This document shows positions 25,025 to 36,900 of a stretch of DNA of 64,000 bases, one piece after another. The notes under the pieces were generated by a model. That model saw only the letters and a program-made list of their open reading frames with translations, did no database searches and was not told the DNA's origin. The stretch's first letter is position 1; the number at the start of each line of letters is the position of its first letter. Both the position numbers and the translations under genes were made by a program. Source of the DNA: Octopus bimaculoides (lineage: Eukaryota); assembly GCF_001194135.2 (NCBI RefSeq), contig NC_068994.1, positions 59,306,641-59,370,640 of the forward strand. Reading direction: 5' to 3'.

Positions 25025-26404
25025 ATGTTCTCCGAACGATTGCACCGTAAACATTTGTCTGTATCCAAGCAGTTTATCACGTCATGCCTTGCTGCCTTCT
25101 TCGGACCTTTCTCGTTTGGTTACATCCTCGGATATAGTTCTCCTGCCATCGCTGAATTACTCAAGAGCAAGTTCTTACACGAGCAACAAGCTGCATGGTT
25201 TGGTTCTATGGTAACGATCGGAGCCATGCTGGGTGGACCCATGGCTGGGTGGTTGGTCGAGAAATACGGACGCAAATACACAATGAATTTCATATCAGTA
25301 CCGTTAATTGTTGGTTGGTGCCTCATCATGGCCACTCCTAACGTTGTATTATTCTATTTGAGCCGCATTGTTAGTGGTGTAGCAATCGGAATGACTTGTG
25401 TTGCCTCACCTATTTATATCGCTGAAATTTCAACCCGATCTCTACGTGGAATGCTTGGCTCCAGTGTTCAGCTCAGTATCACAGTTGGCATTTTTGTGGC
25501 ATATATCCTAGGAATGTATATGAATTATTTACAAATGGCTAAGTTCGGAATCCTTATTCCATTGCTTTCCTTCTTTTTTACGTTATCAATGCCGGAAACC
25601 CCTCGCTGGTTACTGTACAAGGGCCGCCGAATCGAAGCCATCCAAGCACTGACTAAACTTCGATCTGTCAACTGCGACGTCGAGGACGAAATCCGTGATA
25701 TTGAAGAAGGATTAGACATACAAGATATATCCTACAGAGACATGTGGAGAAAACCAGAACTTTCCAGACCAATCTTTATTTCCTTAAGTCTAATGATTCT
25801 GCAACAACTGACTGGTATTAATGCCGTTCTCTTTTATGCTGTTCCAATATTTAAAGAATCTGGTTATGAAAACCAAAGTTATTTTGCAAGTGCCATTATT
25901 GGAGCCACACAGATCCTATTTACATTCCTTGTTTCCCAAATAATGGATCGTGTTGGACGTCGTAAATTATTAATCAGTGGAGGATTGAGTCTAAGCTTTT
26001 CTTGTTTTATCCTCGGATCTTACTACGCTTTGAAAGAACACAATTATCTTGTAGCGAATAATTTGAAGACTCTTCCTCTAATCAGTTTAGTTGTGTTTAT
26101 TGCAAGTTTTTCCATTGGATGGGGGCCAATTCCAATGCTTATTATGTCCGAGATTTTCCCATCTCATGCTCGAGGCAAAGCTAGTGCCCTTTCAATATTT
26201 ACCAGTTGGTTGTTTGCATTTATAGTCACCAAAGAATTTATTACAGTGAAAGAAAGCTTGGGACCAGCAGAAACATTCTGGTTGTTTTCCCTTTTTTCTT
26301 TTACTGGGGTTTTTTTCGTGTGGTTTGTGTTACCCGAAACAAAAGGGAAATCTCTTGAGGAAATTGAATTATATTTCCTCGGTAGAAGTATGCTAAAAAA
26401 ATAG
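25025..26404 (+). CDS. SLC2A8: MFS sugar porter, GLUT8/GLUT6 (SLC2A8-like) / Tret1-like facilitated transporter, intronless CDS, 459 aa
   Basis: Uninterrupted ORF (stop-free frame 24974-26404, first ATG 25025) with many hydrophobic, TM-like segments. Sugar-porter motifs: GYILGYSSP, EKYGRK, YIAEIS..RGMLGS, PETPRWL, QQLTGIN, DRVGRR, GWGPIP..MSEIFP, LPETKGKSLEEI. Strong poly-T acceptor ends at AG 24941-24942. Confidence 0.92.
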   Translation: MFSERLHRKHLSVSKQFITSCLAAFFGPFSFGYILGYSSPAIAELLKSKFLHEQQAAWFGSMVTIGAMLGGPMAGWLVEKYGRKYTMNFISVPLIVGWCLIMATPNVVLFYLSRIVSGVAIGMTCVASPIYIAEISTRSLRGMLGSSVQLSITVGIFVAYILGMYMNYLQMAKFGILIPLLSFFFTLSMPETPRWLLYKGRRIEAIQALTKLRSVNCDVEDEIRDIEEGLDIQDISYRDMWRKPELSRPIFISLSLMILQQLTGINAVLFYAVPIFKESGYENQSYFASAIIGATQILFTFLVSQIMDRVGRRKLLISGGLSLSFSCFILGSYYALKEHNYLVANNLKTLPLISLVVFIASFSIGWGPIPMLIMSEIFPSHARGKASALSIFTSWLFAFIVTKEFITVKESLGPAETFWLFSLFSFTGVFFVWFVLPETKGKSLEEIELYFLGRSMLKK

Positions 26405-29400
26405 CCTCTGATGTAATAATAATTCATTTGTTCATTATTTTAGCCTGCAATTTCTTCATTCGATGAATATTTACAGACTTTAAGGGATTCATGAGCTGGT
26501 TCACCCTCGGCCCAGGTCGAAATTTCTCTTTATTTCCCTACAGTATTTCTTTATAACTTTCTCAATAATGCATATTTTTTAATGAAATTTAGCTGGGATA
26601 TGTTTTCAAGGATTTGGATTACGATTATGTCGGCAGTTTTAACCCCATCGTTTTTTTTTTAAAGGAATTTTAAAACCTTCTTCTCTCCTTCCGACTGTTT
26701 CCTCATAGCTCTCTTTAAACATTTTGCAGAAATACGTTTTCGAGAGTTTTAATTATATAATATTGATGCTTCAAACATAGCTGGTTTAAAAAGTTTTCTA
26801 AAAATGCTAAAATTATGGAAATTAGTACCAACAAAGTAAGTACCGAGGTGGGAGAAGGAACGGTCCTAAAATACTCTAAAAAATTGTTTTACTAAACTTT
26901 GAGGACATAATTGTAATCTACACCCGCGAAAATATATTTCGGCAATATTTGATTTTTAAAAAATATACACTTCTCAGAAAGTTGTAAAGAAACAAAATCG
27001 GGAGATGGGGCACCAATCTGCATTTATACCCATTTCTCACTATTTATGTTTTTTCCTTCAGATTTATTCTTTGCTCTTGATTTTCTAAGAAATTGTTTAT
27101 ATTTCTTTGAATGCGAGAAAATATTAGGAACTACTTAGAGATTATAGAACCGACCTCAGAACTTTGCTGGTTGTGTAATTAATAACTTATTAATAGTTAG
27201 TGTTAAATTTAAACGCTACTTGCCAAGTGATAAATTAAGCAAAAACAGAAACTTGAGTTAGTAAGTAAAACTTGTCGGCTATTTTAGGAACCCTCGGTTA
27301 AGCAGTTAACGACATACTTTCGGTAGTAGTATCGTGTCAACACCAACTGGTCGGGTCAAACACACAACATACTAAACATTTCTTGGTATCTTTTTCGGTT
27401 TTATATGCACAACATGAAAGCTGGACATTATTCTAAGCATTAATCGACTGGGAGGTAGGAAAGGAAAACAATAATTGAGGTGTTTTTTTTAAAGGTGGGG
27501 AGAAAGTTGTAAAGACCTTAAAATTTTTTTTTTATATTGGGAATGGGGAGGGAAATCAGAAAAGAAGGGAGTCTCTTGTTGAAATACATCCATTTGGACA
27601 TTTCCAAATGGCTTTGATCTTTCAGTTTATGTTCACAAACTAAATATCTTTTTGTTTATCAAATGAATTTCCACCTACTTCTCATTATAATTAACATTCT
27701 TATGAGTATTGCTACTTTTCGGGGGGTGGGGGTTATTTTCCATTTTGATCATAAATTTCATTGATAAAAATTCTTTGATTCCTTTTTCTCGTTGATGCTG
27801 TAATTTTATGAATATTTGATATTACAATATTCATAAAATTACTAGAAATATCAACAGGAAAAATAAAATGAAAATTAATTTGATCAAGAAAATCTATGAA
27901 CCAAAATGTTGAGCCTTACACATTTCTCTACCTTAGAGATTTGCTACCAACTCTGCTGGTCAGAAAGCATTGCAGAATGACTGGTTACATAGATTTGAAG
28001 TTTCAGAATTTTCCCAAACACATGCATTCAACATTGTATGTGTCGAGTAGTAGCAACAAAAGTATAAATACTGGACAACTACTTAATGCACAAGTATCTC
28101 CCCAATCTCAATGCTAATTTCAACCTCATCTCAGAACTACAACTTCCTCCTTTCTCTCGTTTCTCATTCTCACCCCCTCAATGCAGTTATACACGTACAT
28201 ATACATTTGTTCATTGATGAAGTAAATTACAAAAAAGAAAAAAAAAAAGTAAATACTGACTAGAGTTGCAGGACCCCCACCCCCCACCCTAAAGCAGGAA
28301 ATCTAATTGACTGAAAATCACAACATTCCCCCTGAAACAGGATACCAGTTGATTGCAAGTTCACTCATTTACAACTGGGTGGCCTGGGCAACATGAAATG
28401 TTTTGATCAAGAACTCAACACACCACCTGGCCTGGGAAGTGTCACGATGCTCTTGCAATTCTGAGTGTCACGCCCTAATCCCTCAACCACATGCCTTCAT
28501 ATTAGTCAAGTAGAACTCATGATATTGTCCCATTTATTAATCATATAATTAGTTTCCATACTTATTTACAAACTAAGTTTTGAGTTATTAAGATATAAAT
28601 ACATATAAATATTCTATTTTTCTAGGTGCTGGTGCCACATAAAAAGCACCCAGTCCATTCTGTAAAATGGTTGGTGTTCGGAAATGTATCCAGCTGTAGA
28701 AGCCAAGCCTAAACAGACAATGGAACCTGGTGCTGCTCCTATCAAACCGTTCAATCCATGCCAGCATGGAAAATGGACATTAAGTGATAAGGACTTCCTT
28801 GTTAATTATTTTTTAAGTATAAGATCATTCCTTTCTTTTCTTTTTGCTTTTAGAACAAATTAACAGCAAATCATTGTTGTTAATTGGGGTGTGGCATGAT
28901 GGAGTATCTTGGTAAATTTATTCTGTTGTCCTTAAAATATTCATATCCATTGTACAGGGAATTCAAGTAACTATTTGGAATATAATATCCAGGGTTTGAG
29001 GATTTAAAAAAAAAATTATTTATTTAACTATTAATCATTCAAAATTGGTGCAAAAAGAATAATTGGTTCTTTTCATTTCTCAGAAATATCAAATGTATAT
29101 TTTAATTTTCATTACATATTTAAAATTTGAAAAATTTAGTTTTCTCTTATATTTTCTTGTTAAAGATATAATTAACTTTTCAGCATTGACATTACTTTCA
29201 CATGTAATGTTTGTTTATTCAAATTGTTTTGAATTAATCATGCATTATGTTGTGGCTTTGAGATTTTGATGATGTGACTGTTTACATTTAAAATGACATT
29301 GCAAGGTAAGTGTGAAAGGATGGATCAGGCTGGTTTCAACTGAAAGCTGGGAGAATATTTGGGCCGCATATGGCCAGTTTAAATGCTAAAGGGTTGAAGT

Positions 29401-30999
29401 AAATTTGTTATAATTTAAAATGGAAATATAATTATTTTATTTATAACTTATACATGCTGGGCAGGGTTTGGACGGGTCAACAGGATGTTCAACAACATCC
29501 TGTTGACCTGTCTAATCCCCTACAAGTACAGAAGACAGACAGGAGCAGATGATGAGAAGCAACATATTTATCATAATTAATATTATCTACACTTCGTAAG
29601 ATGGCATGCTGGCAGACTCGTTAGCACACTCGTTAACACACTGGGCAAAATTCTGTGTGGCATTTTGTCTGTCTTCACATTCTGAGTTGAAATTCTGCCA
29701 AGGTTGACTTTGCTTTTCATCCTTTCGGGGTTGATAAAATAAGTACCAGTGATACACTGGGAATAATGTTATTGACTTAACCTCTCCCTGAAAGTGCTGG
29801 CCTTGTGCCAAAACTTGAAACCATTATTATTTCCACCTAATATAGAAATAAAATGCAAATATACAAAGTAATTATATTTTCATTATTAAATTATAACATA
29901 TTTTACATTCAGTATATTTTTAACAAAAAACAAAGAGAAATTTTTCTTCTTTTATTCTTCATAATACTCATGTTTTTTTTGTATTTAGTTGTTGTTAATA
30001 AATTACTTATACGGTTTGTTTTGTTTTGTAACTATATTAAGACATCTGAAAGTTTCATTTTTTTTGTAGACATTTCGAATCCACTTTGCTCAAATTGTTG
30101 AAACCCTTCAATAACAAATTTTCTTCTTGCTTTCTTGTATTTATGCATTGCAAGTTCACCTCCCTCCACACTCATTAACCTACACATCCACCTCTCCTTG
30201 ATCCTCTCTCCCCTTTTCTCTCATACTCACCTTCCTCTACCTTGAAGGTATCCCCTGACGTCTCTTATCCTTTCTCTCTTTTCAACTGTTCCTGTTCTTC
30301 TATTCCTACTCTTGCCTCTCGGTAGTTGGTGGCACAAAGCCACTGCCTTCACCACTGCAGCTCTCCCTCAGTCCAAGGGTCTTGTCTTGTGAATTTCTTG
30401 GTAACCTCACAAGGGCCACTATTACAAAGAAAAAAAAAAAAGCACCTGGTACACAGTGTAATGTGGCTGTCTTTACGAAGAGCATCTAACTGTCGAAACC
30501 AAAGCTGACATTTTAGCTCATCCCAGGTGTTCTGGTTCATCAGATTCCACAGTATCCTCCAACCCATGCCAGCATGGAAGACAGAAGTGAAACTGGTCCA
30601 TTAGACAGAATCACTGAACACTTCCATGTTCAGGTGTCTCAAGTTACTTCTTTCTAAATCAGAACTTTTCAAAATTTTCACACTGGTGACATACATCTTA
30701 AAAATTTATTTTGCCTTCACTCATTTTTAACAATTCAATGCTACCCGTGGTCATGAGTGAATCATGTCTTACATAGTTATACAAATTTACTTGATTTCAT
30801 GACACACCTAGGAATGAAGGACAATGAACTAAAATGTTGTGGCACAATTTTGAAGCTTTCCATCGTCATCATCATTTAACGTCCGCTTTCTATGCTGGCA
30901 AGGGTTGGAAGGTTTGACTGAGGACTGGCAAGCCAGAAGGCTGCACCAGGCTCCAATCTGATCTGGCAAGGTTACTACAGAAATCAAAGTACAATCATC

Positions 31000-31500
31000 A
31001 GCAAAGTCACGTAGAATCTTTGGTCTTTTTCTTTGATCTGAAACTTTGCCCTTTTGGATTTAGTAGTCCTCCTTCTGTGCAAAACTGGAATCTTCTACCT
31101 TCATGGTAATCCCTGAAAGCATGATGGAGCACCACTGAAAAGATTATGGAAAAAAGTGCAGGGGTTAAAACACATCACGGTTCGGTTCCAGTGGCAACAG
31201 AAAATACTTCTCAACATTGGCTACTAGATGTCACTATTGCCACCATTCCTTTATGCAGAGATACTATTTTCCCTTATTTTATTAAGAAGAACAACTTTTG
31301 ACAAAATTTTTCAGACTGTCTCACTGTAGCAAAGGCCTTGGTCAAGTTGACCAAGTAGAGTTGATTTAATAGCAAAGCCAACACCATGAATTCTTGGTCC
31401 ATCTGCTGGCTTTCCACTCCCCAAAAAAGGATAGCCATTTACAATTCTTGTAATTCCCGTGTCTGCAAGCCTCATTTACTTAATGTAGCAATATCAATTT
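31000..31500 (-). mobile_element. Heavily decayed RTE (BovB-like) reverse-transcriptase fragment
   Basis: Minus strand gives QLYLVNLTKAF (cf. FVDLTKAFD) and CVLTPALFSII (cf. GCVLAPTLFSI), broken by stops. Confidence 0.5.
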
Positions 31501-32329
31501 TATAGAAGTTGAAGATGGCGAGCTGGCAGAGTGGTTAGCACGCCAGGCAAAATGCTTAGCGGTATTTTATCTGTCATTATGTTCTGAGTTCAAATTCCAC
31601 CGAGGTCGACTTTGCCTTTCATCCTTTTGGAGTCAATGAATTAAGTACCACTTGTGTACTGGGGTCGATCTAATTGAAATAGGAAATATATGTATGTTCA
31701 CTGGGTTTGTAAATGAGAGCAAAGCTACAGGAAACCAAAAGACGAATGATCACAAGAAGCAGTCAGCTCCCCTACCCTAGTCGTTACTACTCCCAATGTA
31801 GGATTCCTCATCATACAGGTGACAGGCACAGCCGTAAGATGCATTACGAATCTGTAGCAATTGGAAGGGCATGACCCAACTCAAACATTAACAACTATGT
31901 GACATGAGGGCTAAGGAGAAATGAAAGTGTCACCTCTGGAGTTTGCAAATGGCCACTATACTGATAGGTAACTGGACAGAATAAATTTACAATCTATAAA
32001 TGTCTTTCAATAACCAGTCACTCATCTGGGAAGGCCTTGAAATCAATGTTACCATCTGGGGACTATGTGTGTCCCAGTGATAATAAAAAGACTCAAAGGA
32101 GGCCTGCAACCAAATAACTTTACTGAATCAGTGGAGGGAAAGATACCTCTCATTTACTTGACAATTTATGCCCCACATTGCAGAAATCACAATGTAAGTA
32201 TATCTCAAAGCAAACTCTTACACTGTTGTACCATTGAATTACAAATAACGCTTATCTTTTATGCTTGGGTGACCCTACAGCTTCCAAGAGTTCAATTGTA
32301 TTTGTCTTTGCTTAGATAAAATGACTAAA

Positions 32330-32830
32330 TTGTGGGTGTTAAGTCCCCATGAAGGGGTCTTTCTAACTTCTAAGATGAAATTTTAGAAATATTACTTCAT
32401 TTGTGTGTAATATCTATGGTTAAAATTTCATCAACAGCCAAAATATATGAATTTTCATGGGGGTTATGGCCCTTATGCAAAGAATATAATTTCCAAATTT
32501 CATAAAGATCCATTGAGTAGTTTTGGATCATTAAAAATGACTAAAATTTGAGAGTTAAGGCCCTCATTAGGGGGTCTTAGAATCCTTATGAGAAGTGGAA
32601 ACTTTGAGAATACTTCTTGATGTGTGTCGATTACCCATGGTTGAAATTTCATCAACATCGAAAATTTATGAATTTTCATGGGGGTTCTGCCCTCTTTAGG
32701 CCATCTCAAATTCAAACCAAACATACTGCATTATACCCGCCCTTATGCATTGAATCTAAGTTCCTAATTTCATTAGGATCGTGCAGTAGTTTTCGAATGT
32801 ATAAGTAACAAACGAACACACATAATGACA
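32330..32830. mobile_element. Helitron-like non-autonomous remnant with two diverged copies about 220 bp apart
   Basis: Blocks ggggtctt...atggtt(a/g)aaatttcatcaaca...atgaattttcatggggg at about 32343-32463 and 32559-32687; ends cagtagttttcgaatgtataagtaacaaacgaacacaca, resembling Helitron-derived repeats. Classification is by resemblance only. Confidence 0.35.
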
Positions 32831-32836
32831 TTGACT

Positions 32837-33409
32837 GGATCTTTTTTAAAATGGGGGCCACATTTTTCATTAACGAAACACTTTGAAACTTGGAACACTG
32901 GTAGAATGTGTCATATAAAACATCTTTTTCTCTTAGTCTTCTTTAAAAAAAAAAGAAATCCATAAGTTATTCCATGTTAAAGTTGTCGTATTTCTGTAAT
33001 TTCAACCAATCACTGACGTCCATTCAGCCGATATACATTAAGTGCCGACTACATAAACAAACGATTCTGAAACAATTAACCTTAACCCTAACCCTAACCN
33101 NNNNNNNNNTAGTGTTAAAGCAAATTTAAAATGAAAAAAAGCAAATAAAACGAAGGTATGGAGATTAAATACGCTTTACATCGCTTAATCAGCCAAAGGA
33201 GTAAATATAAACAACTGAATACTTGTCAGTGATTGGGTGAAATTATCGAAATAAGACAATTTTTTACATGAAATAAATTCGAATACAAAAATATTTTTCT
33301 GTTCTATAACACAAAATAGATAAGTATACGAAGTTTGAAAATCTTTCCGTACCAAAAACACTACGTAAAACATTAATGAAAAATGTGGCCCCCGTTTTAA
33401 AATAGATCC
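32837..33409. mobile_element. Non-autonomous DNA transposon (Merlin-like MITE) with about 37-bp TIRs, perfect 8-bp TSD and internal (TAACCC)n
   Basis: Left TIR ggatcttttttaaaatgggggccacatttttcattaa; right end ttaatgaaaaatgtggcccccgttttaaaatagatcc. TSD cattgact at 32829-32836 and 33410-33417. Contains a 10-N gap at 33100-33109. Confidence 0.8.
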
Positions 33410-33936
33410 CATTGACTTTTATATAATAGATATGAATATGCACATATACATACATGTATATATGTGTGTATTATATATATATACACAAACACAAAAAGAT
33501 AGATTGATAGATCCAACTGAGTGGGCAAAAAAAATATGAGACACTGCCTAGTGCTTTTTTTAAAAATTTTGATAAGCCTGGTACTTATTCTTCTTGGCAA
33601 ACCAGTAAGTTATGGGGATGTAAATAAACGAACAGCAGTTGTGAAGCAGTGATGAATGAAGTCTTAACATAATTACGTTGAGTGTATACTTTATTGTGAT
33701 TAACAAAAGGCACTACGAGGAGCTTCTCCATTTCTAGGATCTAATGAATATATCGCTATATCAATTGAACCCATGAAGTGGATTGCCTCACTGCAAGGAC
33801 ATTAAAGGCGCTGAAACCACTTTCCAAAATTACTCACTTAAATTAATTCACAGTACATTAAATTTACGTTTCCATTGAACTGGAATTGGCTTACGTAGTG
33901 ACATAATCTTCTTCAGGACCGCCTTCTTATACAAAC

Positions 33937-36900
33937 ATGTCACATTTCTACGTTCTTTTACTGTTTCCACTTTATTTACAAGTTTTTGGCTATCATGAAA
34001 TATCTGATTCGAATTCTACACAATCTCTCACGATTGCGGTGCTTGTTTATCCTGACATTGTTTTACAGAATATTTCATCACGATTCCTTTCCGTTACAAT
34101 TGACACAGACACTCTGAAGAACAACTGGCAATATCTGAATACCAGGTAGTTTTATTTTCATATATAATAACATTCTGACATGTTTACCCGGCGCGGCTCG
34201 GGGTTAAAATGGCATTGTCTTTTTTGTTTACTCTTTTACTTGTTTCAGTCATTTGACTGCGGCCATGCTGGAGCACCGCCTTTAGTTTGGAACAAATCGA
34301 CCCCAGGACTTATTCTATCGGTCTTTTTTGTCGAACCGCTAGGTTACGGGGACGTAAACACACCAGCATCGGTTGTCAAGCGATGGTGGGCGGACAAACA
34401 CAGACACACAAACACACACACATATATATATATATACATTTACATATATACGACGGGCTTTTTTCAGTTTCCGTCTACCAAATCCACTCACAAGGCTTTG
34501 GTTGGCCCGAGGCTGTAGGAGAAGACACTTGCCCAAGGTGCTACGCAGTGGGACTGAACCCATGTGGTTGGTAAGCAAGCTACTTTATTTCATTAACGAT
34601 TTGCCATGAAGGCATTACAAAGAGGGGACGATCAAGGAAAGACAGACAGACATAAAGTAACTGCGGGCTGGACACAGACATTAATGGGATGAAAGGGATA
34701 ACAAAAATGATGAAATAATAATGGGAGGGGCACCGGCGCCCGCCGACCGATAACCCCTCGAAAACATTGTTCGATAAGTTCAAATAGTGTTCAATCAATA
34801 AATCAAAAAAATTTTTAAAGTTCAATTTATCATCTTCATCCGGGCCACCAAGCAAGCTTCTTACCACACAGTCGCTCCTGCGCCTATACTTATTCCATTT
34901 TTTTTTCCAAGTTCAAAATTGTTTTCACTTTGTTAATCGTTTTACAAAATCAAACTAGAAAACTGGACAAAACAGCACAATTGAAAAAAGGGAAAGACTC
35001 CCCACCCCCACCCCGCCTCATTTTCTCCCAAATTTGTTTATTTAATTTTTTTTTTTTTTTGCCAAAAACCTCCGTTTTCGGATATGGAAGTTCCGGAAAA
35101 TTGCCAAAAAATGGCATTGTTAAATTCCTCGCCCTGCCCTAATTCTTAAATTTTGACTTTTTCCCCCAACCCTAACCCTAACCCTAACCCCATGACCGTA
35201 ACCGTAACTACAGAAATATTTTGAAATTTTTGTCAGAATCGTAATCTCCGTATTTTTCCGCATATTTAGAAGAAAAAAAGAAGTAAAAAATGAAGGAAAT
35301 GCGTGTGGGGGTAGGAATTTAAAAATGGTGATTTTTACTAAATGTTTTCCTATTTTCTAGTTCTACCAAAGTACAAACTTTGGCTTGTGGGCTGTCCCCT
35401 GTATATCTGAGGATTGGTGGAACTTTAGAAGACTTTCTCTATTTTCATGATGATTCCAGTGCCTTAGAAAACGTGAACAACCACTTGAAGCCATTTAATA
35501 TAACTGGTAGGATATCTTTTATTTGTTTCAGTTATTAGATTGTGGCCATACTGGGGCACTGCCTGATATATTATTGATATGTATTGATGAATATAGTGAG
35601 GATTGAAAGCAGTGTCATGGCTGAACACTTCGTTTATTTTTTATGTTTTAAGAGTTAAAGCAGGTCTCACGATCATTTTTAGTGGGCAGGAATGTGGGGG
35701 AAATTATTCTCAGACTGGACCTTTGGCCGGAAACCCCTGCTACAGAGTGGGTTTTGTTTAAAGTTTATTGTTCTAATAATATTAATTCCTTACAAAGGAA
35801 TTATTGTTGATAGGGACACATAGCGGGTACATAATGGTTTTAAATTGGGAATTTATAAAGATTTGACATGTGTTTAGACAAAATAGTTATTCTAGTTATT
35901 CAATGATTTCCTTATATTCATTAACAATTCATGTTTTATTTATCTATTTTATTTGTTGATTTGAATTTAAATGTAATTTGTTTATTAACTGTTTCTCTTA
36001 TATTTAGGCCATCAGATTGATGAACTCTTTAAGTTTACCAATTCTGTCCACTGGGATGTTGTTTTTGGTTTGAATATGTTGAATCGGCAACATGGTAAAT
36101 GGAACGCTGATAATGCAGTGAGACTGCTTCAGTATATTGCTAAGAAAGGCTACCCTGTCGCTGCCCTTGAATTGGGAAATGGTGAGTTACTTCAACCATA
36201 TAGTAGTGTCATTTTGCAGTTCAAAGTATTCCTTATGAAACAGACAGACTCTAAAAGATGTAGGGAAATAAACATCATCATGATCGTTATAATCCTTTGA
36301 TGCCTGTTTTTCATGCTGGCATGGGTTCTATAGCTGGATACCCTTCGTAACACCAACCACTTTGTGCCACCAGCACTCGTGAGGTCATCAAGTGATTTGT
36401 AAGACAAGAAAAGAGAAGGGAAAAGCCCCTCCCTCATCCCCCACCCTCCACTTGAATAAGTGGGAGAAGTACTCAAGAGGTGGGATAAGTGAAAATATGA
36501 AAGTGAGACAAGCACAGGTGCTGCCTTACTATGCAGGAGATACACGGTTACCCCAACATTATATAAGAGTAGGTGGGAAGAAGAAAGAAGATGTTAGTGA
36601 TGGGGTGCCAGAGTAAAGCCTCAAGGAACAAAGAGGTGGACGTAAGAGAGGATAGAAACAGTGTATTAGGGAGTGGGGTATAAGAGTGTGAAGTGGGGAT
36701 TAACATGGTTAGAGATGGGGGTGGAGGTGACTGTAGTGAGATGGAAGTGTGACTTGATGGGAAATATGAGGGGAACGGGTTGGAGTAAGGTGAGGGAGAT
36801 AGAAGTGGGTCAGGGATGACAGATCAGGAAGTAGGGGACGATGAGCAAAGGTACATAAGAGAGAAAGGGAACCAATGCGGTGCTTTTGTTAATTTGAACT

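Noticed and set aside
26405-33936. Possible hidden gene between the transporter and heparanase
   Set aside because: No chain of phase-compatible exons or recognisable protein motif found by eye; the region is dominated by SINE, LINE and MITE debris. A small or non-coding gene cannot be excluded.
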